Shown here: positions 21,091-29,895 of the stretch, piece by piece | Layout: each line of letters opens with the position of its first letter | Position numbering within the stretch: the stretch's first letter is position 1 | NCBI GenBank assembly: GCA_050951545.1 | Contig: JBMNJG010000006.1 | Location: forward strand, 1-64,000 | Reading direction: 5' to 3' | Length of the DNA stretch: 64,000 bases | Origin: Limnochordia bacterium | GTDB taxonomy: Bacteria > Bacillota > Limnochordia > DTU080 | Made by a program: the position numbers and the translations under genes | The notes under the pieces: model-generated | Database searches by the model: none | Told to the model about the DNA's origin: nothing | The model's input: the letters and a program-made list of their open reading frames with translations, nothing else

Positions 21091-22416
21091 TCACTTGGGA
21101 CTCGAAGCCCGATTGGCATCGATGCCGTTGTTGATACCGATTCTCATGTTCTCAATAGCCTGGTTCTCCGGGATCCGATCTCGCCAGAAGTCAAAGGCAG
21201 CCCGTGACACGATATTCTTGTAGGAGTCCTCGATCAAAGGCAAGGGACTCGATGTCGGCAGGGCATCGAGAAGAACGCCTCGGTTGCTTGGAATCGTGTT
21301 GGCTCGCAGCCAGGTTTTGAGCATAGTTGGCCGATGCGGCAGGACCGCACCCTTTCGATGCTGAACCGCCAACTCCATCGCCGCGGGACTGCTGAAGTAC
21401 CGCAAGACCTCAAATGCCTCGTCGGTGTTGCCCGATTCTTTGACAAGGCCCCATCCGATGGCATTCGTTACCGCCACATTGCCTGCAGGACCACTGGGCA
21501 AACACGCCACATTCCAGTTGGAGTTGAACTCAATACCCAGCGGAATAGCACTCTGCATGTACAGAGAATTCGCTAGTCCCATCGCACTCAGACCGTGAGC
21601 CACAATGTTGGCAGATGTACCGCCCGACCCACCAGTGCCGAAAGTGCCCGGTGGCGACATGGCACCAGAGCGGACCAATTCACGGTAGACCCTCAGGGCC
21701 TCCCGTACTTCGTTAGTGTCGCCCGTGAAAGACCGGGGGTTGGCCCAGTTGTCAACCAGTGCACCGCCATAGTGCCAGATGGTAGACCACCAGTGAAACC
21801 ACTGCGGCTCTCTCATACCCCAGCGTTCCGGCTGCGCCTCACCGCTTGTTCGTTTCGTCAGTTTGCGCGCCATTTGGAGAACATCGTCCCAGGTCCATCC
21901 TGGCCAAGGCTCCACCTGCCCAGCCTCGTTGAAGGCATCTACATTGTACATCACCGCCTGAGTTTGAAGGTCCATGGCCGAACCCCATATGCTCCCGTCG
22001 AGCGTGAAGAACGACCATGTGATCTCAAAGAAATCGTTGAATGGGCTGTTGCGAGGTTCGCGCTGGAGGTAGGGACCAAGGTCAACAAGAGCACCCTGTC
22101 GAGCCATATTGAGCAAGTTGTTCGGATCCTAATAGATGATATGTGGCGCTTCCCCCGCTATGATGAGGACTTGGAGCTTACCGTAACCTATGCCCTCCCC
22201 CCCGCCAGCCAACTCGATGCGAATCCGATTCTGCTCCTTGTGAAACGATTCGATGACAGCATCCTGCCAGTCCCTATCAGCCTGACGAATGGAGCGCTGC
22301 ATCTGTATCACGACCGGAGCGCCCACAGCGGTGGGTAACAGAAAACTCAACATCAAGACCAACGACCATACTGCCGCGTGCACACATGACATTCTTCTTT
22401 TATGTACCAGCACCAT
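21091..22416 (-). pseudogene. SBP family 1 interrupted by a single in-frame TAG at 22129-22131
   Basis: ORFs 22129..22416 and 21091..22116 share a frame: ...IIAGEAPHIIY*DPNNLLNMARQGALVDL... Confidence 0.8.
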
Positions 22417-22808
22417 ACTTCCCCCTCCGAGTACACTGAAGTAGATATACCTGGCCCTATGTTAGCACCTTCCATTGCTCCGTGCAAACTGCTTAATTGA
22501 CCTAAATCTACTAATGGTGAACCTAAATCGAACGACGGCTTAATCTGCCGCCCTTTCGCTTCTGTGCACCTCATCGGATGCGGGTCTATCGACAGGGAGG
22601 AGCCCCTGCGGCCCACATTCCGCACCGTACGACGCGGTTTCCCAAAGCGATGAGCTCGCACAGGTGAGGTTGTCGCCTGCGGTGGAGGTAACCGCATTCC
22701 TGCCAGAGAACATGAATGGGAAAACAGAACTCATTCGCGTTTAGAAGGCTAGAGAATACTGGTTGGCACCAACATCAGGGCATCAGTGTGTTTTTGGGGG
22801 TATATAGC

Positions 22809-24110
22809 ATGACGATACTGAAGAAAAGCCGGGGCTTTCTGGGGCTCATCATACTGGCTAGTCTCATCACCGTTATTCCTATGGTTCAGGCCAAGGCAAC
22901 GACAACCCTCGTTCTCTGGGACAAGCTTACTGCAGATTCGATGGAGATGGAGTTGCACTGGATCGACGCTTTCGAAGCGACGCATCCGGGTACTGAAGTT
23001 GAGCATGTGAGTATGCCTACGGACTACTACAATAAGCTCTCAGTGGCCATCGCTGCCGGAGTACCACCTGATGTAGCACAGCTCATACCGACATTCTCCT
23101 TGGCAGAGTTTGCCGAGGGCGGACTCATCCAACCTCTTGATACCTTCGTCCAGAAAGCAGGCATAAAAGAGCGAGACTTCTTTCCTTTAGTGTGGGACTC
23201 CTGGCACTATGATGGCAGTATCTGGGCAATGACCTATGATGTCGACCCTCAGATGCTTTTCACCAATCGGTCTCTGTTCGCAGCTACAGGGGTCTCTCTT
23301 CCTAACACCATCGAGGAGTTGGACGAGGCTGCCAAACGCCTTACGCTGGCAGACGATGAAGGCAATGTGAAGCGTATGGGGTTTGTCCCTTGGTTAGGCG
23401 ATTGGTGTACCTGGTTCGCAGCATGGGATGCCCAGCTGTGGGACGCGAAGGCAGGCCGTATTGTCGTCGATAACACTAATGCTGTCAGCATGTTCGCTTG
23501 GATGGCCTCGTACTCCGAGCGCTACGGTTACGCTCGCATCAACGCACTGACATCTCGCATTCAGAACTACCATCGGGGTGAGCCCCTATTCACTGATCAG
23601 TTGGGTGCCCTGGTTTCAGGCCCGTGGGTGGTGCGGCGATTTGGTCTGTATGCCCCGGAATTTGAGTGGGACATGCTTCCCTTACCGTATGCTGCCAGCG
23701 GTAAGCCCGACTCTACCACGGGCAACGCCTTGACCTTAACGATACCCGTAGGCGCCAAACACCCACAGGAGGCCTTTGAATACATACGCTGGCGGACCAG
23801 TCAGGAACACATGCTTGACCGCGTTCACGTTCCCCCTGCGCCTGGATTCCCAGCCCGCGTCGCGGTTGCTAGGGCCTACGTGCAGCGCTATCCGGAGTTC
23901 ATGCCGATGGCCAATGCCTTGGCGGGACCCAATTCGCGGCCGTATCTGCCTACCATGCCAGTGAGCGTCTTTCTCTCGGGCGAGCTAACCAGGGCCCGTA
24001 ACCAGGTGATCCAGCTGCAGTCCAGCCCGCGAGGAGCCTTGGACGCGGTGACGAAGGTCGTCCAGGCTCGCCTGGATGAGGTGTTGCGTATGTCACGCCG
24101 GAGTCGCTGA
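22809..24110 (+). CDS. SBP family 1
   Basis: ATG 22809 after GGGGG; signal peptide ending VQA; AAGVPPDV, GFVPW, HPQEAFEYI. Confidence 0.85.
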   Translation: MTILKKSRGFLGLIILASLITVIPMVQAKATTTLVLWDKLTADSMEMELHWIDAFEATHPGTEVEHVSMPTDYYNKLSVAIAAGVPPDVAQLIPTFSLAEFAEGGLIQPLDTFVQKAGIKERDFFPLVWDSWHYDGSIWAMTYDVDPQMLFTNRSLFAATGVSLPNTIEELDEAAKRLTLADDEGNVKRMGFVPWLGDWCTWFAAWDAQLWDAKAGRIVVDNTNAVSMFAWMASYSERYGYARINALTSRIQNYHRGEPLFTDQLGALVSGPWVVRRFGLYAPEFEWDMLPLPYAASGKPDSTTGNALTLTIPVGAKHPQEAFEYIRWRTSQEHMLDRVHVPPAPGFPARVAVARAYVQRYPEFMPMANALAGPNSRPYLPTMPVSVFLSGELTRARNQVIQLQSSPRGALDAVTKVVQARLDEVLRMSRRSR

Positions 24111-24123
24111 GCCAGAAGAGCGG

Positions 24124-24153
24124 GCAGAGCGGTCTGACACCAGGCCGCTCTGC
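24124..24153 (+). terminator. Hairpin downstream of SBP gene
   Basis: GCAGAGCGGTCTG-acac-CAGGCCGCTCTGC, 13-bp stem with one G-U pair. Confidence 0.55.
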
Positions 24154-24251
24154 TCAGCACTTGATTGTCAGGGGTTCAGCCCCTCCCTATGGTTCGCAGT
24201 TGCAGCACTTCTGGGAAATCGCAAGTCCAACCACAGCACTGCACTACCCGT

Positions 24252-24462
24252 CGCCCGCCCTTAACCTACCCCCTCGTTCTCTATCTATCACTTCACTAAG
24301 CACTGCTTTGCAGAGCGGGTGGGCGGCCCGCGGCGGCACTCATGAGGCGTATGCGCTCCGGATTGAGGACCACATAGCGCGCGAGTTCCCAAGTCTCCGC
24401 GTCGTGTTTGCAGTCACGGACATTGAAGCCTTGCCCACGGTGAACCCATGGCCCGAGCGTTC
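24252..24462 (-). pseudogene. Internally deleted remnant of the 3' end of a paralogue of SBP 29896..31176
   Basis: Three collinear blocks align to 29851-29914, 30132-30237 and 30371-30417. Confidence 0.75.
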
Positions 24463-24557
24463 CGCGAGTACAAGTCTTGTCAATTGGCTTATTCTATGCA
24501 ACAATATGGTCGAGGGCTGGGTTATTCCAGTCCTACATCCTTCTCGGGGGTGCTAGC

Positions 24558-25133
24558 ATGCACGTACTGCTGATTTCGGGAAGCCGCAGTCTGGATGGGC
24601 AAACCGCCCGAGCTGCAGAGGCCTTGCTGCGGGGGGTAGAACACGCAGGAGGAACAACGGAGCGCGTAGCCCTGCCACAGCTGCGAGTCTTGCGCTGCGA
24701 GCAGTGTCAAGATAACGGCTGGGGCACCTGCCGCACAGAAGGCCGCTGTTCCACATCTGACGATTTTCGCTCCTTAGTCGATAAGCTGATGGAGGCCGAT
24801 GTCTGCGTATTCGCCACCCCGGTGTACTGGGGCGATCTGAGTGAAAGCATGCGAGCGTTTCTGGACCGCCTACGCCGCATCTGCACCCACAGTACCGTGA
24901 AAGAGCGCATCCGTACCAAGTCTGCTGTCGGCATATGCATAGCTGGTGGCGGTGGCGGCGGTGCACCATCCTGCGCGGTGAGTATGGAGAGAGTGCTGAA
25001 CACCTGCGGTTTCGCTGTGCTCGATATGATCCCCGTCAGACGGCAGAACCAGAAGCTGAAGCTAGCTGTACTGGAACTGACTGGGCAGTGGATGGTGGAG
25101 CAGGCAGCCGCCACCGAGCAGCCTGCTGGTTAG
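24558..25133 (+). CDS. Flavodoxin-family / iron-sulfur flavoprotein (NADPH-dependent FMN reductase-like)
   Basis: ISGSRSLDGQT FMN loop; CEQC...C...C cluster; ADVCVFATPVYWGDLSESMRAFLDR. Confidence 0.85.
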   Translation: MHVLLISGSRSLDGQTARAAEALLRGVEHAGGTTERVALPQLRVLRCEQCQDNGWGTCRTEGRCSTSDDFRSLVDKLMEADVCVFATPVYWGDLSESMRAFLDRLRRICTHSTVKERIRTKSAVGICIAGGGGGGAPSCAVSMERVLNTCGFAVLDMIPVRRQNQKLKLAVLELTGQWMVEQAAATEQPAG

Positions 25134-25162
25134 GTCGCTGGCGCACGCTAGTGAAGTCTCGA

Positions 25163-25184
25163 GAGCCCGGTGAGGACCGGGCTC
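25163..25184. terminator. Hairpin between convergent genes
   Basis: GAGCCCGGT-gagg-ACCGGGCTC. Confidence 0.5.
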
Positions 25185-25227
25185 CTACCTGTCGAGGATC
25201 CAACACGGATTCTGGGCACCCTCATCT

Positions 25228-26481
25228 CTACTTGCTAGTTCCATAGGCTTGATTGAGAACCTTGTTAATCTCCTGAGCAGCACGCATGACACCCTCTGCA
25301 GCAGAACGCTCACCCCGCAGTACCGGATCAATCCCAGAGCGTTTTGCCGCCTGCCATATGGCCCAGTCAGGGCTCCAATCGGCGTCGCTCATAAAGCCAA
25401 CCGACTGAGCGAGAATCTGCTGAATATCGTTCATCTTCGTACGTGCAGCCACAGAGCGCACGGACGGTATGCTGTACGGGGCCTGGTACGATGTCCAGAA
25501 GGCCTCAATTGTCTCCTGCGTCAGCAGTAGCTTGAGAATCGTCCATACGGCCTGCAAGTCTTGACCTGGCCGATACATTACCTCAAACATATTAGATCCA
25601 CCGTAGGTGTTGTGGGCAACCGGGCCCTTGGGCATGGGAGCCACGCCCCAGTCTAACCCCTCAACCCGGCCAACGTGTTGGATGGCATACGTACCAGTAA
25701 TGTGAAAGCCTACATTACCCCCTACAAGACTGGCACCGATTAGCGCAGACCGATCTTCCTGGATCATATCCGTCAGGAACTGGGTAGCCTGAATGGCCTG
25801 AGGCGAATCAATCCCTGCCGACTTGCGATCAGGGTTGAGAATCATGCCGCCAAACGACTTGACCAATGGATCGAACAACTCATGGTTGGATGCCGCTCCC
25901 ACGCCCCACAGATCATTCTGACCATCACCATCGATGTCTCGAGCGATCTTCTTGGCCGCTGCCCGCAGGTCAAACCATGTCCACGAGGAGGTCGGTGCGT
26001 TGACACCAGCGTTACGCAGGAGCTCATTGTTGTACCACAACACCACACCTACCGTATCCCAGGGTAACCCGTAGATCCCTTGACCATCAGGCTGAGGCCA
26101 ACGTACCTCGTTCCAGGGACCTGGCCAGAAGCTGTCTTTGCTCAACGCACGATCCTTCTCGAGCAGCGGTGCCAGATTGACAGCCCCGCCACGAATCACA
26201 TGACCGAAAACGTAAGTACCAGCCGTATCGACGATATCAGGGGCCTGGTCGGTACTCATCAACACCAGTAGTTTGTTCCAGAAATCCGGATAATTGACGA
26301 TCTGAATGTCGATGTCCTTGTGGGCTGCCTGCCACTTGGGGATCAGGCTGTCACGTAGAATCTCGTAACGGGGTTGGGAGTAAGTGGCGATCGTCACAGT
26401 CGTCTTAGGCGCCGCGCAAGCCAAACCTGCCAAACTGATGACCAACAGGGCCACTGTGAGCCTGGAACACCTCGTTTTCAT
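25228..26481 (-). CDS. SBP family 1 (close paralogue of 51637..52890)
   Basis: Signal peptide; TDQAPDIVD, WTWFDL, DIDGDG; long identical blocks shared with 51637..52890. Confidence 0.85.
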   Translation of the reverse strand: MKTRCSRLTVALLVISLAGLACAAPKTTVTIATYSQPRYEILRDSLIPKWQAAHKDIDIQIVNYPDFWNKLLVLMSTDQAPDIVDTAGTYVFGHVIRGGAVNLAPLLEKDRALSKDSFWPGPWNEVRWPQPDGQGIYGLPWDTVGVVLWYNNELLRNAGVNAPTSSWTWFDLRAAAKKIARDIDGDGQNDLWGVGAASNHELFDPLVKSFGGMILNPDRKSAGIDSPQAIQATQFLTDMIQEDRSALIGASLVGGNVGFHITGTYAIQHVGRVEGLDWGVAPMPKGPVAHNTYGGSNMFEVMYRPGQDLQAVWTILKLLLTQETIEAFWTSYQAPYSIPSVRSVAARTKMNDIQQILAQSVGFMSDADWSPDWAIWQAAKRSGIDPVLRGERSAAEGVMRAAQEINKVLNQAYGTSK

Positions 26482-26711
26482 GGTGCTAACACCTCGCCTC
26501 TCCTTGAGTTGAGTACATCATGGTCATTTTTTCGCATTGCCAGTGGCTAGTCCTCTTTTGTGGCAATATAAGTGAACGCCTTCTCGTGTTACAGTGGTGG
26601 GATCATTTGCTTACTTTGAGCAAGGCACTGATACCGTCTTCTACGTCAACGGGGCCACGGAGAAAACTGCGGTAATCTCCCTGCGTTCGCTTGGGTTGGT
26701 GGAAAGAACCT

Positions 26712-28498
26712 AGCGATGCGGTCTTGGCGGAGCCCTTTTTGCTAATTCTGATCGCCGTGAGGGCTTATTTCGCTGCCTAAGAGCACGCTTTCCCGCTCTG
26801 GTGGCCCCTTTGGGGCTACTGGGCAGTACATAACCGGACGCCATTGATCGCCTTTTCCCGCTCAGGGATTGGATCAGCTGTCCGACGCGCGATCATGGCA
26901 GGCTCGCCGTGATCCCTTTGCGGACAGGCCCTTCGGTGTTACCCCGGTCGGTACATTTGGAGGAGAATGGGCGGATGCATGGACACGCTCGCGAGACAGG
27001 GCCGGTAGTCGAACAGATGCACCCGGATTGGTACGTGAGTCGGGGCCAAGAATCCGACCGCCATGGCAAAAGAGCCGCCTCATTAGCCCCCGGGGCCAAT
27101 GTACGTGGTAAAAGTGCAGCGTTGCGGCCTTCGCGGTGCCCTTTTTGCTCATTTTGACCGCCCGAAGGGCTCTTTTCCCCGCAAAGAGCACGCTTTCCCG
27201 CCTTGGTGGCCCCTTTGGGGCTACTGGGCAGTACATAACCCGACGGTGGTGATACCTTTTTCCCACTCAGTCGATGGGGTCAGCTCCCCAGTGCGCGATC
27301 ACAGCGGGCTCGCTCGGATCCCTCTGCGGACCAATCCTTCGGTGTTGCCCCAGTCGGTACATTTGGAGGAGAATGGGCGGATTCATGGACACGCTCGCGA
27401 AACAGGGCCGGTAGTCGAACAGATGCACCCGGATTGGTACGTGAGTCGGGGCCAAGAATCCGACGGCGATGGCGGAAGAGTCGCCTCATTAACCCCCGGG
27501 CCCAATGTACGTGGTAAAAGTGCAGCGATGCGGCCTTCGCGGAGCCCTTTTTGCTCATTTTGACCGCCCGAAGGGCTCATTTCCCCGCCCAAAGAGCGCG
27601 CTTTCCCGCCTTGGTGGCCCTTCTGGAGCTACTGGGCAGTACATAACCGAACAGTGTCGATAGCCTTTTCCCACTCAGCCGATGGGGTCAGCTCCCCAGT
27701 GCGCGATCACAGCGGGCTCGCGCGGATCCCTCTGCGAACCGACCCTTCAGTGCTAACCCGGTCGGTGCATTTGGAAGAGAATGGACGGATGCATGGACGC
27801 GCTCGCGAGACTCGCTCGGTAGTCGGACAGATGCACCCGGATTGGTACGTGAGTCGGGGCCAAGAATCCGACCGTGATAGCAAAGGAGCCACCTCATTAA
27901 CCCCCGGGCCCAATGTACGTGGTAAAAGTGCAGCGATGCGGCCTTCGCGAAGCCCTTTTTGCTCATTTTGACCGCCCGAAGGGCTCATTTCCCCCCAAAA
28001 GAGCGCACCTTCCCGCCTTGGTGGCCCTTCTGGAGCTACTGGGCAGTACATAACCGAACAGTGTCGATCGCCTTTTCCCACTCAGCCGATGGGGTCAGCT
28101 CCCCAGTGCGCGATCACAGCGGGCTCGCGCGGATCCCTCTGCGAACCGACCCTTCAGTGCTAACCCGGTCGGTGCATTTGGAAGAGAATGGACGGATGCA
28201 TGGACGCGCTCGCGAGACTGGCTCGGTAGTCGGACAGATGCACCCGGATTGGTACGTGAGTCGGGGCCAAGAATCCGACCGTGATAGCAAAGGAGCCACC
28301 TCATTAACCCCCGGGCCCAATGTACGTGGTAAAAGTGCAGCGATGCGGCCTTCGCGAAGCCCTTTTTGCTCATTTTGACCGCCCGAAGGGCTCATTTCCC
28401 CCCAAAAGAGCGCACCTTCCCGCCTTGGTGGCCCTTCTGGAGCTACTGGGCAGTACATAACCGAACAGTGTCGATCGTCTTTTCCCACTCAGCCGATG
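26712..28498. repeat. Tandem array of ~4.4 copies of a 405-408-bp unit (degenerate extension to ~26640)
   Basis: Marker CTACTGGGCAGTACATAACC at 26816, 27221, 27629, 28036 and 28443 (periods 405, 408, 407, 407). Marker AGCG(A/T)TGCGG at 26712, 27118, 27524, 27932 and 28339. Confidence 0.97.
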
Positions 28499-28629
28499 AT
28501 CCGAGGGGGAAATGCTGTCGACTCCCGGTGGCCACCGGGTCTTAGCTGGCAATGCGCGCGCAGTCAGCGAAGAACTATTGTCTGTGGAAGGATTCTGTCC
28601 TCACGTACCGAACATCGCATCGAGACAAT

Positions 28630-28643
28630 CGAACACACGGTCG
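28630..28643 (+). promoter_or_regulatory. Candidate Gram-positive LexA (Cheo/SOS) box
   Basis: CGAAC-ACAC-GGTCG versus consensus CGAAC-RNRY-GTTCG (one mismatch), just before the RBS of the HTH-nuclease gene. A weaker CGAAC-ATCG-CATCG lies at 28609-28622. Confidence 0.4.
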
Positions 28644-28661
28644 TTGTGTGAGGTGAGGCCT

Positions 28662-29723
28662 TTGTACTCTCTCTATGTAGATGAGGTGAACGTGCCGCTC
28701 TCACTGCTACTGACTCGCGAGCTAAAAGCCAGCGAGAAGATCGTTTGGATGGCCTTAACGATGGATGATCAGCTGGAGGAGAGTTTCCTTTTCTCGCCCA
28801 GCCGCCTGGGGCGGCGCACGGGTATGTCCCGGCCTACCGTTCGCAGGGCGACAGCCAAGTTAACCACCGAGGGCTGGTTTGCTCCACCGGCTAGGCGGGG
28901 ACCTAGCCAGACCGCGGCACAGAAGCCATCCCCGGATAGGGTCTCCGTACCTGTGGAGCTAGTCATGGCTACTGAAATCCATGCACAGGCCAAAGTGGTT
29001 TATGCCCTACTGCTGTCCAAACCTACGGACCCACCTCGCAAAAGGCAGTTCACGTACGCTGAGTTAGCCGGCCGGATGAGTCTGAGCCCCCAAACCATCA
29101 AACACGCGGCTCGTCAGTTGGCCAAGCATGGTTGGCTGGAGATGGAGCAGGCGCACAAGCGGGCACCGATTCGCTTCACTCTCCACAACCCGGTTGATAA
29201 GCGAAATGTAAAAGAAATACTAGACGTGCAGGATGAGCTCCACCGCGCTACGCACCTCGGAGAGGCTCTCATGCAGGCTATCTTCTTGGCGCTTGTCGAT
29301 TGCCTTGACTTCGACGACGGAATGCGCCCAGGTTTCATGAGGAACCCAGCAACTGGCAAGCGTCTGGAGGTCGATCTCTTCTATTACTTGCACAATACGG
29401 CCATGGAGTTCAATGGGGCGCAACACTACCGCGTCACGGAGCGGAATTCGGCTGAGCAGGTCCATAAGCAGCAATGCCGTGACCAGACCAAACAGCAGAT
29501 CTGCGCTAAGAAGAAGATCAAGCTGATCGTGATTCAGGCTCACGAGCTGTCCTGCAAGATCATCAAGCGCAAGATTCGCAGGCGGCTGCCATTCCGGCGC
29601 GGTCAGGACTTCAACCGGAGGCTCATCAACTATCTCGAGTGTAGATGCGGTGAGTACCAGCAAAGAATAGATGAGCGTGGCTGGGGAACCGCCAGTGAAT
29701 CTGAGAGAAAGCAAGACGAGTAG
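28662..29723 (+). CDS. Tandem winged-HTH protein with C-terminal Vsr/DUF559-like (PD-(D/E)XK-fold) endonuclease domain
   Basis: TTG 28662 after GAGGTG. Two repeats VnVPlsLl...K.Vw.aL...(T/S)..(E/R)L..R.g(M/L)S..T(V/I)......L...GW. C-terminal GEALMQ...RPGFMRNPATGKRLEVDLFY...AMEFNGAQHY...QQCRDQTKQQICAKKKIKLIVI. Confidence 0.75.
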   Translation: MYSLYVDEVNVPLSLLLTRELKASEKIVWMALTMDDQLEESFLFSPSRLGRRTGMSRPTVRRATAKLTTEGWFAPPARRGPSQTAAQKPSPDRVSVPVELVMATEIHAQAKVVYALLLSKPTDPPRKRQFTYAELAGRMSLSPQTIKHAARQLAKHGWLEMEQAHKRAPIRFTLHNPVDKRNVKEILDVQDELHRATHLGEALMQAIFLALVDCLDFDDGMRPGFMRNPATGKRLEVDLFYYLHNTAMEFNGAQHYRVTERNSAEQVHKQQCRDQTKQQICAKKKIKLIVIQAHELSCKIIKRKIRRRLPFRRGQDFNRRLINYLECRCGEYQQRIDERGWGTASESERKQDE

Positions 29724-29772
29724 TCACCCTGGGTTACCTTGCCCGTTTCGTCAGGGCTCACATCAGCCGTGC

Positions 29773-29814
29773 AGCCCAACTCTACCACGGGCAACGCCTG
29801 GTCCTGAAGGTACC
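29773..29814 (+). pseudogene. Tiny remnant of a paralogue of SBP 22809..24110
   Basis: AGCCCAACTCTACCACGGGCAACGCCT matches 23704-23730 at 26 of 27 positions. Confidence 0.65.
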
Positions 29815-29895
29815 GCCATGCACAGGCCACGCGGGCGGCGCCACAGCCGCCGCCCGTCCCTAACCTGCCCTCTCACTTTCTATCCATCATTCACT

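Noticed and set aside
26712-28498. CRISPR array interpretation of the tandem repeats
   Set aside because: Units are ~407 bp and similar along their whole length; there is no short repeat/unique spacer alternation and no cas gene in the window.
26869-28552. Many overlapping 60-150-aa ORFs on both strands in the array
   Set aside because: They are by-products of the repeat, change frame between units and lack RBSs; not annotated as CDS.
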